A stretch of DNA of 64,000 nt from Mobula hypostoma (Eukaryota). Position 1 is the first letter of the stretch. Each line of letters begins with the position of its first letter. Of the stretch, positions 12,253 through 25,299 are shown one piece after another. The DNA is taken from NCBI RefSeq assembly GCF_963921235.1, contig NC_086107.1, positions 95,482,001-95,546,000 on the forward strand. The letters are read 5' to 3'. A model generated the notes under the pieces. That model saw only the letters and a program-made list of their open reading frames with translations. It had not been told where the DNA came from and did not search any database. A program made the translations under genes and the position numbers.

Positions 12253-12652
12253 CGCGAGCAAAGCAATAGCAAAGCCACAGACTTGCAATTACCCCAAAGA
12301 CTTTGCGTTCCACCTGCATTTGACATACCACAGGCTCTGTCTCTCTCTGTGCTTTTCTGAATATTCTATGCTACCTCTTCCATAGTCTTAAAATGTTCCA
12401 GCACATTAGCATGGCCCACTTTGTTTTCATTATCTTTCAATTCCTTCTCGGTAAATGGAGTATTCACTTAGTGCTCTGACTCTTTATCTTTGAGTGAATC
12501 TACTCTCTCCCTAGTTATCACTTTTTCTTAAAGTATAATGTGCCTTGGGATTCTCCTTGACCTGCTCACCAAGGACATTTTGTAGTTTTTCTTTTAGCCT
12601 TCCTAATAGCCTGCTTGAGCAATTCCTTTGTCTTTCTATTCTACAAGAGCCC

Positions 12653-13011
12653 TGCGATGAAAGGTTTAGGCAAGGATGGTTTGGACCCAAGAGCTGGAGT
12701 ACCCGAGACGAGAATCGAGACATGATTTTGAGACTGCGATGAGAACAAGGTTCTTGACTAGATGCTAGACGAGAACCTGACAAGATTAGATGAGAATCCA
12801 AATGGGACAGAAATCCTAAATGCAATTGCAGACTGAGTCAAAGTTGAGCTGATAATTAAGCACTGAACCGGAGTTCAGGTGCTCTCTAAGTATCTAAATC
12901 TTGACACCAAACCACAGCCACCAATTAGCGGAGTGGGCCAGCTATCCATGCTCTGGATAATCGAAGCACCTAAACTCCAGAGGCTGGTGTGAGTAGGTGT
13001 GTACCGTAACA
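12653..13011. mobile_element. Solo LTR (359 bp)
   Basis: TG...CA ends (tgcgatga ... ccgtaaca) and a perfect 5-bp TSD agccc at 12648-12652 and 13012-13016. It is inserted in an old CR1. Confidence 0.85.
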
Positions 13012-13329
13012 AGCCCCATCTGATTTTAGCTTCCTAAACCTTATGTATGCTTCCTTTTCCTTCCTGACTAAATTTATGATTCCTCAGGTCATGCAAGCCT
13101 TGGTAAAGCTGCCAACATAATTAAAGACCTCATCCACCCTAGACAACTCCATTCTTACCTCTTCTATTGGGCAGAAACTACAAAAACCTGAAAGCACATA
13201 CTACCAGGTTCAAGAACAGCTTCTACCCCATTGTTATAAGATTTACTAAATGGTTCCCTAGTATGACTTCATAATCTGCCTTGTTACAATCTTGTACTTT
13301 ATTGTTTAGCTCCATTGCATTTTCTCTAT

Positions 13330-13790
13330 AACTTTACAACCAAGGAACTCCTACTTTTTAACTTTATATTTAGCTCCTTAAAATCACTTTGCAGGACCTC
13401 ATACTTGCTCCTCCCTATGTTCTCTCTTCTTGCTGGTACCAGTATGGACCAAGACATTTGACTGTGCCCCTTCTCTCGCCTATACACATAGCAAGACGGT
13501 CTTGATCCTGGCACAGGAAGGTAACACACAGTCTTGGAGTCTTGGTTATGACCACAAAAACACCTGTCTGTGCCCCTCACTATCAAATTCCCTATTACCC
13601 TCACTCTGCTTGACTTGACCATTCCCTTCTTTGCTTCAGAGCTGCACATGCTGCCACTGACCCAGTTGCTGGTGCTAGCATTTGAGAGATTATTTTCCCA
13701 TTATCATTATCTACAGGGTATATCTGTAAGTGAGGAATGGCTACAAGTGAACTCTGCACTGTCTGCCTACTCTCCTAACTTCTAGTAGCA
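13330..13790 (-). mobile_element. CR1 ORF1 (SGNH esterase-like) remnant
   Basis: VIGNLIVRGTDRCFCG..VCYLP resembles the GDSxVR..CxPG motif of CR1 ORF1 esterases. Confidence 0.7.
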
Positions 13791-14220
13791 CCGATCTATC
13801 TGTAATCTGAACCTGAAGTTGAAGGCTTGCCTTTTAATAGAGTCATAGAGACATACAGTAAGTTAACAGATCCTTTGGCGGAGCTCGTCAATGCCAACTG
13901 TGTTTCCTATCAAACTAGTCCCATTTGTCCAGGTTTGGCCCAGAGTCCTCAAAACTGTTCCATGTACTTATGATGTTCAAGTTCAAGCTCAAATTCAAGT
14001 TAAATTGTCATTCAACCATACACATGAATAGAGCTAATTGAAACAGTGTTCCTACGGAGCCAAGGTGCAAAGCACAGTACCAACAGTCACACAGTACATT
14101 GCACATGTAGCACACATAGTTACAATAAAGACATTCAGTCACAAAAAAATTGTCATTAATAGCACTCAGTATTCAGATTTTAAAGAGCTGATATCTTGAT
14201 TGAAACTGTAATCTCTCTAG

Positions 14221-14282
14221 GCTATCCAGTGCGAAGAATGAAGAGGTCATATCCAAAGACAACTTGTGCATTTTGCACACAG
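14221..14282 (+). CDS. KASH5: Coding exon A (62 nt) of a KASH5/LRMP-family coiled-coil gene: xLSSAKNEEVISKDNLCILHT(D)
   Basis: Acceptor atctctctag at 14211-14220 and donor gttagt at 14283. It sits in a non-repeat island. It ends in phase 1 (G), which joins the AT that starts the next exon to give GAT. The peptide is low in recognisable similarity, so this is the weakest exon call. Confidence 0.65.
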
Positions 14283-14499
14283 GTTAGTATGGTGTTCAAA
14301 TTGTTACAGGCTTGAGATATTGCGAGCAGTTGCTTGTTAGGAGGATTGAGCTTGAGCTTTAAAAAGCGAACTTTTGGAACTTCTTGGTGGATTTGAAATA
14401 TTGTTATTTATTAGACATCTGGCAAAGGACTATGAAAAGAAGTGATGTTTAAGTGGAACGGTCATTGTGGGAGAGCCATATTTGGAGTAAGCCAGGGTA

Positions 14500-17110
14500 A
14501 GAATCAGAATCAGGTTTATTATCACCAGCATGTGATGTGAAATTTGTTAACTTAGCAGCAGTAATTCAATGCAATACATAATCTGGCAGAGAGAGAAAAA
14601 AAAAGAAGAAATAAAATAAAACATAATAAATAAACAAGATCAATTACGTATATTGAATAGATTATTAAAAAATGTGCAAAAACAGAAAAACTGTATGTTA
14701 AAAAAAACGAGGTAGTGTCCAAAGCTTCAAAGTTCATTTAGGAATCAGATGGCAGAGAGGAAGAAGCTGTTCCTGAATTGCTGAGTGTGTGCCTTCAGGC
14801 TTCTGTATCTCCTACCTGATGGTAACAGTGAGAAAAGTCCATGCCCTGGGTGCTGGAGGTCTTTAATAATGGACGCTGCCTTTCTGAGACACCACTTCCT
14901 AAAGATGTCCTGGGTACTTTGTAGGCTGGTGCCCAAGTTGGAGCTGAATAGATTTACAACCTTCTGCAGCTTCTTTCGGTCCTGTGCAGTAGTCCCTCCA
15001 TACCAGACAGTGATGCAGTACAATTATAGAAGTTTTTTGAGTGTATTTGTTGACATGCCAAATCGCTTCAAACTCCTAATAAAGTACAGCCACTGTCTTG
15101 CCTTCTTTATGACTACATCAATATGCTGGGACCAGGTTAGATCCTCAGAGATCTTGACACTCAGGAACTTGAAGCTGCTCACTCTCTCCACTTCTGATCC
15201 CTCTATGAGGATTGGTATGTGTTCCTTTGTCTTACCCTTTCTGAAGTCCACTATCAGCTCTCTTGTCTTACTAACGTTGAGTACCAGGTTGTTGCTGCGG
15301 CACCATTCCACTGGTTGGCATATCTCACTCCTGTACGCCTTCTCGTTACCACCTGAGATTCTACCAACAATGGTTGTATCGTCAGCAAATTTGTAGATGG
15401 GGTTTGAGCTATGCCTCGCCACACAGTCATGTGTATATAGAAAGTAGAGCAGTGGGCTAAGCACACACCCTTGAGGTGTGCCAGTGTTGATCGTCAGCAA
15501 AGAGGATATGTTATCACCAATCTGCACAGACTGTGGTCTTCTGGTTAGGAAGTCGAGGATCCAATTACACCTGAGGTACAGAGGCCCAGGTTCTGCAACT
15601 TCTCAATTAGGATTGTGGGAATGATGGTATTAAATGCTGAGCTATAGTCAATGAACAGCATCCTGATGTAGGTGTTTGTGTTGTCTAGGTGGTCTAAAGC
15701 CGTGTTATGAGCCATGGAGATTGCGTCTGCCATTGACCTATTGTGACAATAGGCAAATTGCAGTGGGCCCAGGTCCTTGCTGAGGCAGGAGTTCAGTCTA
15801 GTCATAACCAACCTCTCAAAGCATTTCATCACCGTCGATGTGAGTGCTATTGGGCGATAGCCGTTAAGGCAGCCCACATCATTCTTTGGCACTAGTATAA
15901 TTGTTGCCTTTTTAAACTCCCTGGGCCTGAGTCGACGTAGTAGTAGTTTTTAAAGCAAGTGGGAACTTCTGCCCATGGCAGTGAGAGGTTGAAAATGTCC
16001 TTGAATACTCCCACTAGTTGGTTAGCACAGGTTTTCAGAGCCATACCAGGTACTCCATCGGGATCTCCTGCTTTGCGAGGGTTCACTCTCTTTAAAGATA
16101 GTCTAACATTGGCCTCTGAGACAGAGATCGCAGGGTCATCAGGTGCAGCAGGGATCTTCACAACTGTAGATGTGTTCTCCCTTTCAAAGTGTGCATAGAA
16201 GGCGTTGAGTTCATCTGGTAGTGAAGCATTGCTGCCATTTACACTACTGGATTTCGCTTTGGAGGAAGTAATGTCTTGCAGTCCCTACCAGAGTTGCTGT
16301 GCATCTGATATGGCCTCTAACCTCGTTCGAAATTGTCCCTTTGCCCTTGAAAAAGCCCTCTGCAAATCATACCTTATTTTCTGGTACAGGCCTGGGTTGC
16401 TGCACTTGAATGCCACAGATCTAGCCTCCAGCAGACGACATACCTCCTGGTTCATCCATGACTTTTGGTTTGGGAATGTACAGTAAGTCTTTGTCGACAC
16501 ACACTCATCCACACAGGTTTTAATGAAGTCAGTGACAACTGTAGCAGACTCATCCAGGTTCAAAGATGAATCCCTGAATACAGTCCAGTCCATTGATTCA
16601 AAGCAGTCCTGTAGGTGCTCCTGTGCTTTCCTTGTCCAAACCTTCTTGATGCTCACTACTGGTGCTGCAGTCTTCAGTTTCTGCCTATATTCAGGGAGTA
16701 GAAGTACAGCTAGGTGACCAGACTTCCCGAAGTGAGGGTGTGGAATAGCACAGTAGACATTCTTGATGGTGGTGTAACAATGGTCCAGTGTGGTGTTTCC
16801 TCTGGTATTGCAAGAGATCTGTTGATGGTAATTGTTTAGTGATTTTTTTCAAACTGGCCTTGTTAAAATCTCCCAAAACAATGGTGAAGGCGTTAGGGTG
16901 CGCTGTTTTGTGCATGTTGATTCCATTGCTCAGATCATTTAAAGCCTGTTTGACATTGGCCTGAGGTGGAATGTAAACTGCTACCAGAATGACCCCGGAG
17001 AATTCCCGTGGTAAGTAAAAAGGATAGCACTTTACTGCTAGATATTTCAGGTCTGGTGAGCAGAATTGGGACAGCACTGATATATTCGTGCACCAAGAAG
17101 AGTTGCTCAT
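14500..17110 (-). mobile_element. Rex1/Babar LINE, 5'-truncated, decayed
   Basis: APE remnant (AVYIPPQA, GDFN), RT ([29 protein letters not shown]), C-terminus LLPSGRRYRSL and a (ctgatt)n tail. Confidence 0.93.
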
Positions 17111-20100
17111 GAGGCTTGAGGCTTTAGCTTGAGAGGTTGTGGTGAGGAGAGGCAAAGGTAACTTTCTGGTAAGTTCCTTTGTCTGTTTGTGCCTAGCTAG
17201 GGTAGGGAAAATGGGTCCAGGGTCAGTAATGTGTTCTTTATGTCAGATTTGGGAGTTCTGGGAGCCTCAAGTCTCCCTGATAACTACATCTATGTGAAGT
17301 GCATCCAGCTGCAGCTCCTTACAGATTGTGTTAAAGAACTGGAGCTGCAGCTGGATGGCCTTTGGCTTATAAGGGAGAATAAGTAGGTGATAGATCAGGG
17401 CTACAGGTTCACCACTAAGTTGCAGGAAGCAGGTAGTTGGTTGACTGCAAGGAGATGTAAAGGGAGTAGGCAGCTAGTAAGTACTTTCCATTTAATAAGA
17501 AGTATACTGTTTTGGATACTGTTGAGGGAAGATGACCTAGCAGGGGAAAGCTGTAGTGATCAGGTCTGTGGCACTGAGTCTGGCTCTGACTTAAAAGGAA
17601 CATAGAACATAGAATAGTACAGCACAGTACAGGCCCTTCGGCCCACAATGTTGTGCCGACCCTCAAACCCTGCCTCCCATATAAGCCCCCATCTTAAATT
17701 CCTCCTTATACCTGTCCAGTAGTCTCTTAGACTTCACTAGTGTATCTGCCTCCACCACTGACTCAGGCAGTGCATTCCATGCACCAATCACTCTCTGAGT
17801 AAAAAACCTTCCTCTAATATCCCCCTTGAACTTCCCACCCCTTACCTTAAAGCCATGTCCTCTTGTATTGAGTAGTGGTGCCCTGGAGAAGAGGCGCTGG
17901 CTATCCACTCTATCGATTCCTCTTATTATCTTGTACACCTCTATCATGTCTCCTCTCATCCTCCTTCTCTCCAAAGAGTAAAGCCCAAGCTCCCTTAATC
18001 TCTGATCATAATGCATACTCTCTAAACCAGGCAACATTCTGGTAAATCTCCTCTGTACCCCTTCCAATGCTTCTACATCCTTCCTATAGTGAGGCGACCA
18101 GAACTGGACACAGTACTCCAAGTGTGGCCTAACCAGAGTTTTATAGAGCTGCATCATTACATCGTGACTCTTAAACTCTATCCCTCGACTTATGAAAGCT
18201 AACACCCCATAAGCTTTCTTAACTACCCTATCCACCTGTGAGGCAACTTTCAGGGATCTGTGGACATGTACCCCCAGATCCCTCTGCTCCTCCACACTAC
18301 CAAGTGTCCTGCCATTTACTTTGTACTCTGCCTTGGAGTTTGTCCTTCCAAAGTGTACCACCTCACACTTCTCCGGGTTGAACTCCATCTGCCACTTCTC
18401 AGCCTACTACTGCATCCTATCAATGTCTCTCTGCAACCTTTGAGAATCCTCTACACTATCTACAACACCACCAACCTTTGTGTCGTCTGCAAACTTGTCA
18501 ACCCACCCTTCTACCCCCACATCCAGGTTTTTAATAAAAATCACCAAAAGTAGAGGTCCCAGAACAGATCCTTGTGGGACACCCCTAGTCACAATCCTCC
18601 AATCTGAATGTACTTCCTCCACCACGACTTTCTGAATAAGCCTACCATGTGGAACCTTGTCAAATGCCTTACTAAAATCCACATAGATCACATCCACTGC
18701 ACTACCCTCATCTATATGCCTGGTCACCTCCTCAAAGAACTCTATCAGGCTTGTTCGACACGATCTGCCCTTCACAAAGCCATGCTGACTGAACCTGACC
18801 AGACCATGATTCTCTAAATGCCCATAGATCCTATCTCTGAGAATCTTTTCCAACAGCTTTCCCACCACAGACGTAAGGTTCACTGGTCTATAATTACCCG
18901 GACTATCCCTACTACCTTTTTTGAACAAGGGAACAACATTCGCCTCCCTCCAACCCTCCAGTACCATTCCCGTGGACAACAAGGACGTAAAGATCCTAGC
19001 CAGAAGCTCAGCAATCTTTTCCCTCGCCTCGTGGAGCAGCCTGGGGAATATTCCGTTAGGCCCCGGGGACTTATCCGTCCTAATGTATTTTAACAACTGC
19101 AACACCTCCTCTCCCTTAATATCAACATGCTCCAGAACATCAACCTCACTCATATTGTCCTCACCATCATCAAGTTCCCTCTCATTGGTGAATACTGAAG
19201 AGAAGTATTCATTGAGGACCTCACTCACTTCCACAGCCTCCAGGCACATCTTCCCACCTTTATCTCTAATCGGTCCTACTTTCACTCTTGTCATCGTTTT
19301 TTTTCTTCACATAATTGAAGAATGCCTTGGGGTTTCCCTTTACTCTACTCACCAAGGCCTTCTCATGCCCCCTTCTTGCTCTTGTCAGCCCCTTCTTAAG
19401 CTCCTTTCTTGCTTCCCTATATTCCTCAATAGACCCATCTGATCCTTGCTTCCTAAACCTCATGTATGCTGCCTTCTTCCACCTGATTAGATTTTCCACC
19501 TCACTTGTCACCCATGGTTCCTTCACCCTACCATTCTTTATCTTCCTCACCAGGACAAATTTATCCCTAACATCCTGCAAGAGATCACTAAACATTGACC
19601 ACATGTCCATAGTACATTTCCCTGCAAAAACATCATCCCAATTCACACCCGCAAGTTCTAGGATAATAGCCTCATAATTTGCCCTTCCCCAATTAAAATT
19701 TTCCTGTCCTCTCTGATTCTGTCCTTTTCCATGATAATGCTGAAGGGGGGAGAAGAAGAGTGCAGGCAGTGGTGCTAGGAATCAGTAGTTAGGAGAGCAG
19801 TCAGGAGATTCTGTGGATATGAAAGAGACACTTAGATGGTATGCTGGCTCCAAGGAACAGATCCAGGGATGTTTAAGATTGTGTCCACGGTATTCTAAGG
19901 GGGACGGTGAGTAGTCAGAAGTCAGGTATATATTTGTACCAAAGGCATACATAAATCAGAAAAGGACTAAGATTTTGAACAGAGAATATAGGGAGCTATG
20001 TAGGAAGCTGAAAAGCAGGACCTTAAAGATAGTAATTTCTGGATTGCTGCCTGTGCCATACACCTGTGAGGGTCAGAATAGGTTAATTAGCAGATGAATA

Positions 20101-21070
20101 TGTGGCTGAGAAATTGGTGTGGGGGAAGGGTTTCAGAGTTGTGGATCATTGTGATCTCTTTTGGGAAAGTCTGACACGTACAAAAGGGACAGGTTACACC
20201 TGAACTTGAGGGAGACCAATATCCTTTCAGGCAAGTTTGATAGTGCTTTAGAGGAGGGTATAAATGAGTTTGTTAGAGGGATAGAAACAAGTGATTGGTC
20301 AGAGGATGGCAGTTGGTATACAGATAGATACAGCATGTAGAGGCGCTGTGAGGTAGGAAAAGCATTTGTTAGAGCAAAATTGCAGTCAGTGGGATGGGTT
20401 GAAGTGTGTCTATTTTAATGCAAGAAGTTACAGTACAAGGATGATGAACTTAAAGCATGGATCAGTACATGTAACTATGATATTGTGGCCATTGTGGGGA
20501 TTTGCCTGTCACAAAGGACAAAACTGGCTACTGGATGTTCTGGGGTTTCGATATTATGAAAAAGACAGTTTTGGAGGCAGAGTATCACAGCTGCAGAAAG
20601 GGTTGAAGTCATTGATTCATTATCTACTGAGTTGATGTAGGTGGAAATCAAACACGGGAAGGGAGAAATTACTCTAACGGGAGTATTGGGAGTATTCTAT
20701 AGAGCCCCCCCCCCCCCATTTTTCAACTAAGCCACTGAGGGACAGATTGAGGCAGATTTTGGAAGGTTAGAAAATAACAGGGTTCTTAGCATAGATGACT
20801 TCAACTTTACAAGGTAGTTAGGAAAGAACAGAATAATGGAATGAGGAAAACCAGAGGCATGTGAAAGCCTTGCAAATATGCTTAAGAAGAACCCTGTGGT
20901 TTACACGGATGTGACAACAGAAGGATGGGTAGGGTGAGGGTAGGACCAATTAGAGATAGAAGAGGAAATGTGCCTGGAGTTGGAGGAGGTAGGTGAGGTC
21001 CTTAATGAATACTTCGTTTCAGTGTTCACCTGTGAGAAGGATCTTGCTGTTTGTAAGGGACAGCATAAAT
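17111..21070 (+). mobile_element. Old CR1 5' region (5'UTR, ORF1, endonuclease start), split by the younger CR1
   Basis: A CxxC ORF1 start near 17211, an esterase-like remnant at 19750-20270, and LKCVYFNARS at about 20400. Confidence 0.7.
17598..19745 (-). mobile_element. Young CR1 LINE, 5'-truncated, nested in the ORF1 of an older + strand CR1
   Basis: Long open frames 19646-17663 with NYRPVNLTS, QHGF, DFSKAFD, GVPQGSVLGP and FADD. A short internal deletion lies near 18628. (ttctatg)n tail. Confidence 0.95.
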
Positions 21071-22596
21071 GATGAACTATGATGTTGTGGCCATTACAAA
21101 GTTCAGGGGCAGGAATGGTTACTTACAGTGCCAGGCTTTAGATGTTTCGGGAAGGACAGGGAGGGAGGCAAAAGAGGTGGGGGCATGGCACTGCTGATCA
21201 GAAATAGTGTCACGGCTGCAGAAAATGGAGTCAGGGAGGGATTGTCTACTGAGTCTCTGTGGGTGAAGTTAGGTACAGGAAGGGGTTAATAACTCTATGG
21301 GTGTTTTTTATAGGCCACCTAATAGTAACAGGGACATCGAGGAACATAAGGAGACAGATTTTGGAAAGGTGTAATAATAACAGGGTTCTCGTGGTGGGAG
21401 ATTTTAATTTCCCAAATATTGATTGGCATCTCCCTAGAGCAAGGTGTTTAGATGGGGTGGAGTTTGTTAGGTGTTTTCAGGAAAGTTTCTTGAAACAGTA
21501 TGTAGATAAGCCAACAAGAGGAGAGGCTGTACTTGATCTGGTATTGAGAAATGAACCTTGTCAAGTATCACATCTCTCAGTGGGAGAACATTTTGGAGAT
21601 AGTGATCATAATTCTATCTCCTTTACCATAGCATTGGAGAGGGATAGGAACAGACAAGTTAGGACAGTGTTTAATTGGAGTAAGGGGAAATATGAGGCTA
21701 TCAGGCAGGAACTTGGAAGCATAAATTGGGAACAAATGCTCTTGGGGAAATGTACGGCAGAAATGCGGCAAGTGTGCAGGGGATACTTGCATGGAGTTCT
21801 GCATAGGTACGTTCCAATGAGACAGGGAAAGGATGGTAGGATACAGGAACCGTTGTGTTCAAAAGCTGTTGTAAATCTAGTCAAGAAGAAAAGAAAAGCT
21901 TACGAAAGGTTCAAAAAAACTAGGTAATGATAGAGATCTAGAAGATTATAAGGCGAGCAGGAAGGAGCTGAAGAATGAAATTAGGAGAGCCAGAAGGGGC
22001 TATGAGAAGGCCTTGGTGGGCAGGATTAAGCAAACTCCCAAGGCATTCTACAAGTATGTGAAGAGCAAGAGGATAAGGCAGGTCATGCCTTATGAGCCTG
22101 ATCGATTTTTTTTGAGGATGTGACTAAACACATTGATGAAGGTAGAGCAGTATATATAGTGTATATGGATTTTAGCAAGGCATTTGATAAGGTACCCCAT
22201 GCAAGGTTCATTGAGAAAGTAAGGAGGCATGGGATCCAAGGGGACATTGCTTTGTGGATCCAGAATTGGCTTGCCCACAGAAGGCAAAGAGTGGTTGTAG
22301 ACAGGTCATATTCTGCATGGAGGTCGGTGACCAGTGGTGTGCCTCAGGGATCTTCTGGGACCGCTTTTCATAGTGATTTTTATAAATAACCTGGATGAGG
22401 AAGTGGAGAGATTGGTTAGTAAATTTGCTGATGACACCAAGGTTGGGGGTGTTGTGGATAGTGTGGAGGGCTATCAGAAGTTACAGTGGGTCTTCGATAG
22501 GTTGCAAAACTGCGCTGAGAAGTGGCAGATGGAGTTCAACCCAGAGAAGTGTGAGGTGGTTAATTTTGGTAGGTCAAATATGATGGTAGAATATAG

Positions 22597-24416
22597 CAGC
22601 GGTCCCCAACCACCGGGCCGTGAGGAAACGATATGATTTGGCGATAGGAGTCAGCTGCACCTTTCCTCATTGCTTGTCATGCCCACTGTTGAACCATTAC
22701 GCATGCGAGGTCATTACCCGCGCGTCATCCATGTCAGCACGGGAAGAAGATCAACTCCTCGAGCTTGCAAATGACGGCGGGATGAAAAGTATGTTTGACA
22801 TAACATCTCTGCCGGCATCCTGGATCTCAAAGTCAAGGCTAAATATCCTGAGATAGCCACGAAAGCACTGAAAACGTTGCTTCCATTTCCAACATATCTC
22901 TGCAATGAATGGAACGAAAACCAAATTGCATAATAGACTGGACATAAGGAACCCCGTTCAAGTATTGCTGTCTCCCATCACCCCTCGATTGGACTATCTT
23001 GTTGCAGGAAAACAAGCATTCAGCCCAGGGCTCCCACTGATTCAGCAGTATTGGTGTGTTGCAATGATTTTATATGTTCATACGGGGAAAATATGTGCTG
23101 TGTGTTTAATATCGAAACGTTACTTAAAATGTTATGATGCTGTTGACTTACTTATATAACCATATAACAATTACAGCACGGTAGGAAATGCATCTTTTAA
23201 AAGTTGAGAAAAAAACTTTATAGGGTTGTCAGATTCAGCCGCTTCATGAATACCAATAATTCGAATATTCTGCCGTCGCATTCTGGATTCTAAGTCAGAG
23301 TTTTTAAAAGTTAGAAAGTCAAGTTTTTTCTTCATTACAGTAATTGTTTCTTCAATTTTCCCCATCTTGAGTTCATTTTGTTGGGTGGAGTTTTGAAGAT
23401 TAGATATAGCAGACTGATGTTCCGTGATAGATGTTTGCATTTTATCGATTGCATCGGCAATTTTCTGGAGATTAGTTGAAATTTCCGCACGAATCAGATC
23501 CGTTATAGAGGTTGAAATTTCCGTTTGAATTAGATCCGATATAGCTTTCAAAGTTAACGGTGGTTCAGTTGGAGGAAGATCGGTAACTTTCGGTCTAACC
23601 GGAGGTTTGCCGTCTTTCCTGTTCTTAGACATAGCAGACCTTAAAAACATCCGAATATGAAAAAACACAATTTGTTTCAAAGTATTATACAAGTCGGTAC
23701 TTTAATGGTTAGCTTAAATGTAGCTGATCATAGGAAAAAAACTCAGAGGTAATGGAGCGAGTCAAGAACACGACTTCACTCCATGAGCTCTACCGGAAGT
23801 CCCTAAATTACAGCACGGAAACAGGCCATCTCTGCCCTTCTAGTCCATGCCGAACGCTACTCTCACCTAGTCCAACCGACCTGCAGTCAGCCCATAACCC
23901 TCCATTCCTTTTCTGTCCATATACCTATCCAATTTTTCTTTGAATAACATCGAATCTGCCTCTACCACTTCTACTGGAAGTTCGTTCAACACTTACTTCA
24001 AGCTCCCATCCTTCCCTGATAATTGACTTATCGCTATATTCATGCGAGGAAAATATGCGCTGTGTGTTTAATATTAAATTTGTTAGATAAACCCTTTTAA
24101 AAACAAAATTAAGTGTATTAGCCACTTCTTATCACCTATATTCTGGTCGTGATTAACATCCCCCCCCAACAGAATCGCTAAAAACGATTTGTAGAAAACA
24201 TTGGCACATACACGCATATGCAAAGCATGCATGCGCACTGGTGCCCGCGCAAGGCTTCATGGTCATTGTAGTCTCTGTGTAAACAACGTATTTCGCTCTA
24301 CTCTTGCCCGTTGGCAACCCTACCCCCCACCCCCACCCCCGGCCGGGTCGGCCGGTCCGCAAGAATATTGTCAATATGAAACCGGTCCGCAGTGCAAAAA
24401 AGGTTGGAGACCCCTG
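22597..24416 (+). mobile_element. hAT-Charlie transposon (deleted derivative with a dimerisation-domain remnant)
   Basis: TIRs cagcggtccccaacc and ggttggagacccctg; perfect 8-bp TSD gaatatag at 22589-22596 and 24417-24424. Remnants YPEIATKALKTLLPFPT and KTKLHNRLD. Same family as 7309-8046. Confidence 0.93.
23182..23805 (-). mobile_element. L1-clade 5' end only (5'UTR plus ORF1 N-terminal part)
   Basis: ORF with a coiled coil and DLESRMRRQNIRIIGIHE (L1 ORF1p signature). The 5' end reads gggacttccggt. A 13-bp direct repeat aattacagcacgg lies at 23169-23181 and 23806-23818. Confidence 0.88.
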
Positions 24417-25299
24417 GAATATAGTATTAATGGTAAGACTCTTGACAGTTTGGAGGATCAGAGGAATCTTGGGGTTCAAGCCCATAGGACACTCAAAGCT
24501 GCTCTGGAGGTTGACTGTGTGGTTAAGAAGTTATACGATGCATTGGCCTTCATCAACCGTGGGATTGAGTTTAGGAGCCGAGAGGTAATGTTACAGCTAT
24601 CTAGGACCCTGATCAGACCCCACTTGGAGTACTGTTCTCATTTCTGGTCGCCTCACTACAGGAAGGATGTGGAAACCATAGAAAGGATGCAAAGGAGATT
24701 TACAAGGATGTTGCCTGGATTGGGGAGCATACTTTATACTTCATTGTTGCCAAACAATTGGTACTCTAATGTACAATCATCACAGTGATATTTGATTCTG
24801 CGCTTCACACTCCCTGGATTATAAATATTAAATATTAAAGATATTAAAAATAGTTAAAATTAGTAAATATTAAAAATTTGCCTTATGAGAATAGGTTTAG
24901 TGGACTCCACCTTTTCTCCTCGGAGTGATGGAGGATGAGAGGTGACCTGGTAAACGTGTACAAGATGATGAGAAGTATTGATCGTGTGGATAGTCAGAGG
25001 CTTTTTCCCAGGGCTGAAATGGCTAGCGCGAGAGGGCATAGTTTCAAGGTGCTTGGAAGTAGGTACAGAGGAGATGTCAGGGGTAAGTTTTTTTTTTAAC
25101 GTAAAGAGTGGTGAGTGCGTGGAATTGGCTGCCGGTGATGGTGATGGAGGCGGTTACGATAGGTTCTTTTAAGAGACTCCTGGATAGTACATGGAGCTTA
25201 GAAAAATTGAGGGCTTTGGGTAACCCTAGGTAATTTCTAAAGTAAGTACATGTTTGGCACATGGCTTGTATTGTGCTTTAGGTTTTCTATGTTTCTATA

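Larger units (their letters stand above)
21075..25290 (+). mobile_element. CR1 ORF2 (endonuclease to tail) with an internal deletion and a nested hAT element
   Basis: VGDFNFPNIDW, LDLVL, SDH, DFSKAFD and FADD. The reading resumes as EYSINGKTL after the hAT insert. Tail at about 25285. Confidence 0.9.

Noticed and set aside
11788..12360. 190-aa ORF as a novel gene
   Set aside because: It runs across a Tc1 end, a Tigger-like end and an inverted repeat arm, and has no recognisable domain or splice context.
14785..15396. 203-aa + strand ORF
   Set aside because: It is the antisense shadow of the Rex1 RT on the minus strand.
18921..19677. + strand ORFs of 173 and 120 aa
   Set aside because: They are antisense shadows of the young CR1 ORF2.
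23171..23692. Coiled-coil ORF as part of the host gene or a domesticated L1TD1-like gene
   Set aside because: It is on the opposite strand to the host gene, truncated within ORF1, bounded by a direct repeat and nested in a transposon.
24201..24788. 195-aa ORF with a polyproline run
   Set aside because: It is a chance read-through from the hAT terminus into CR1 ORF2.
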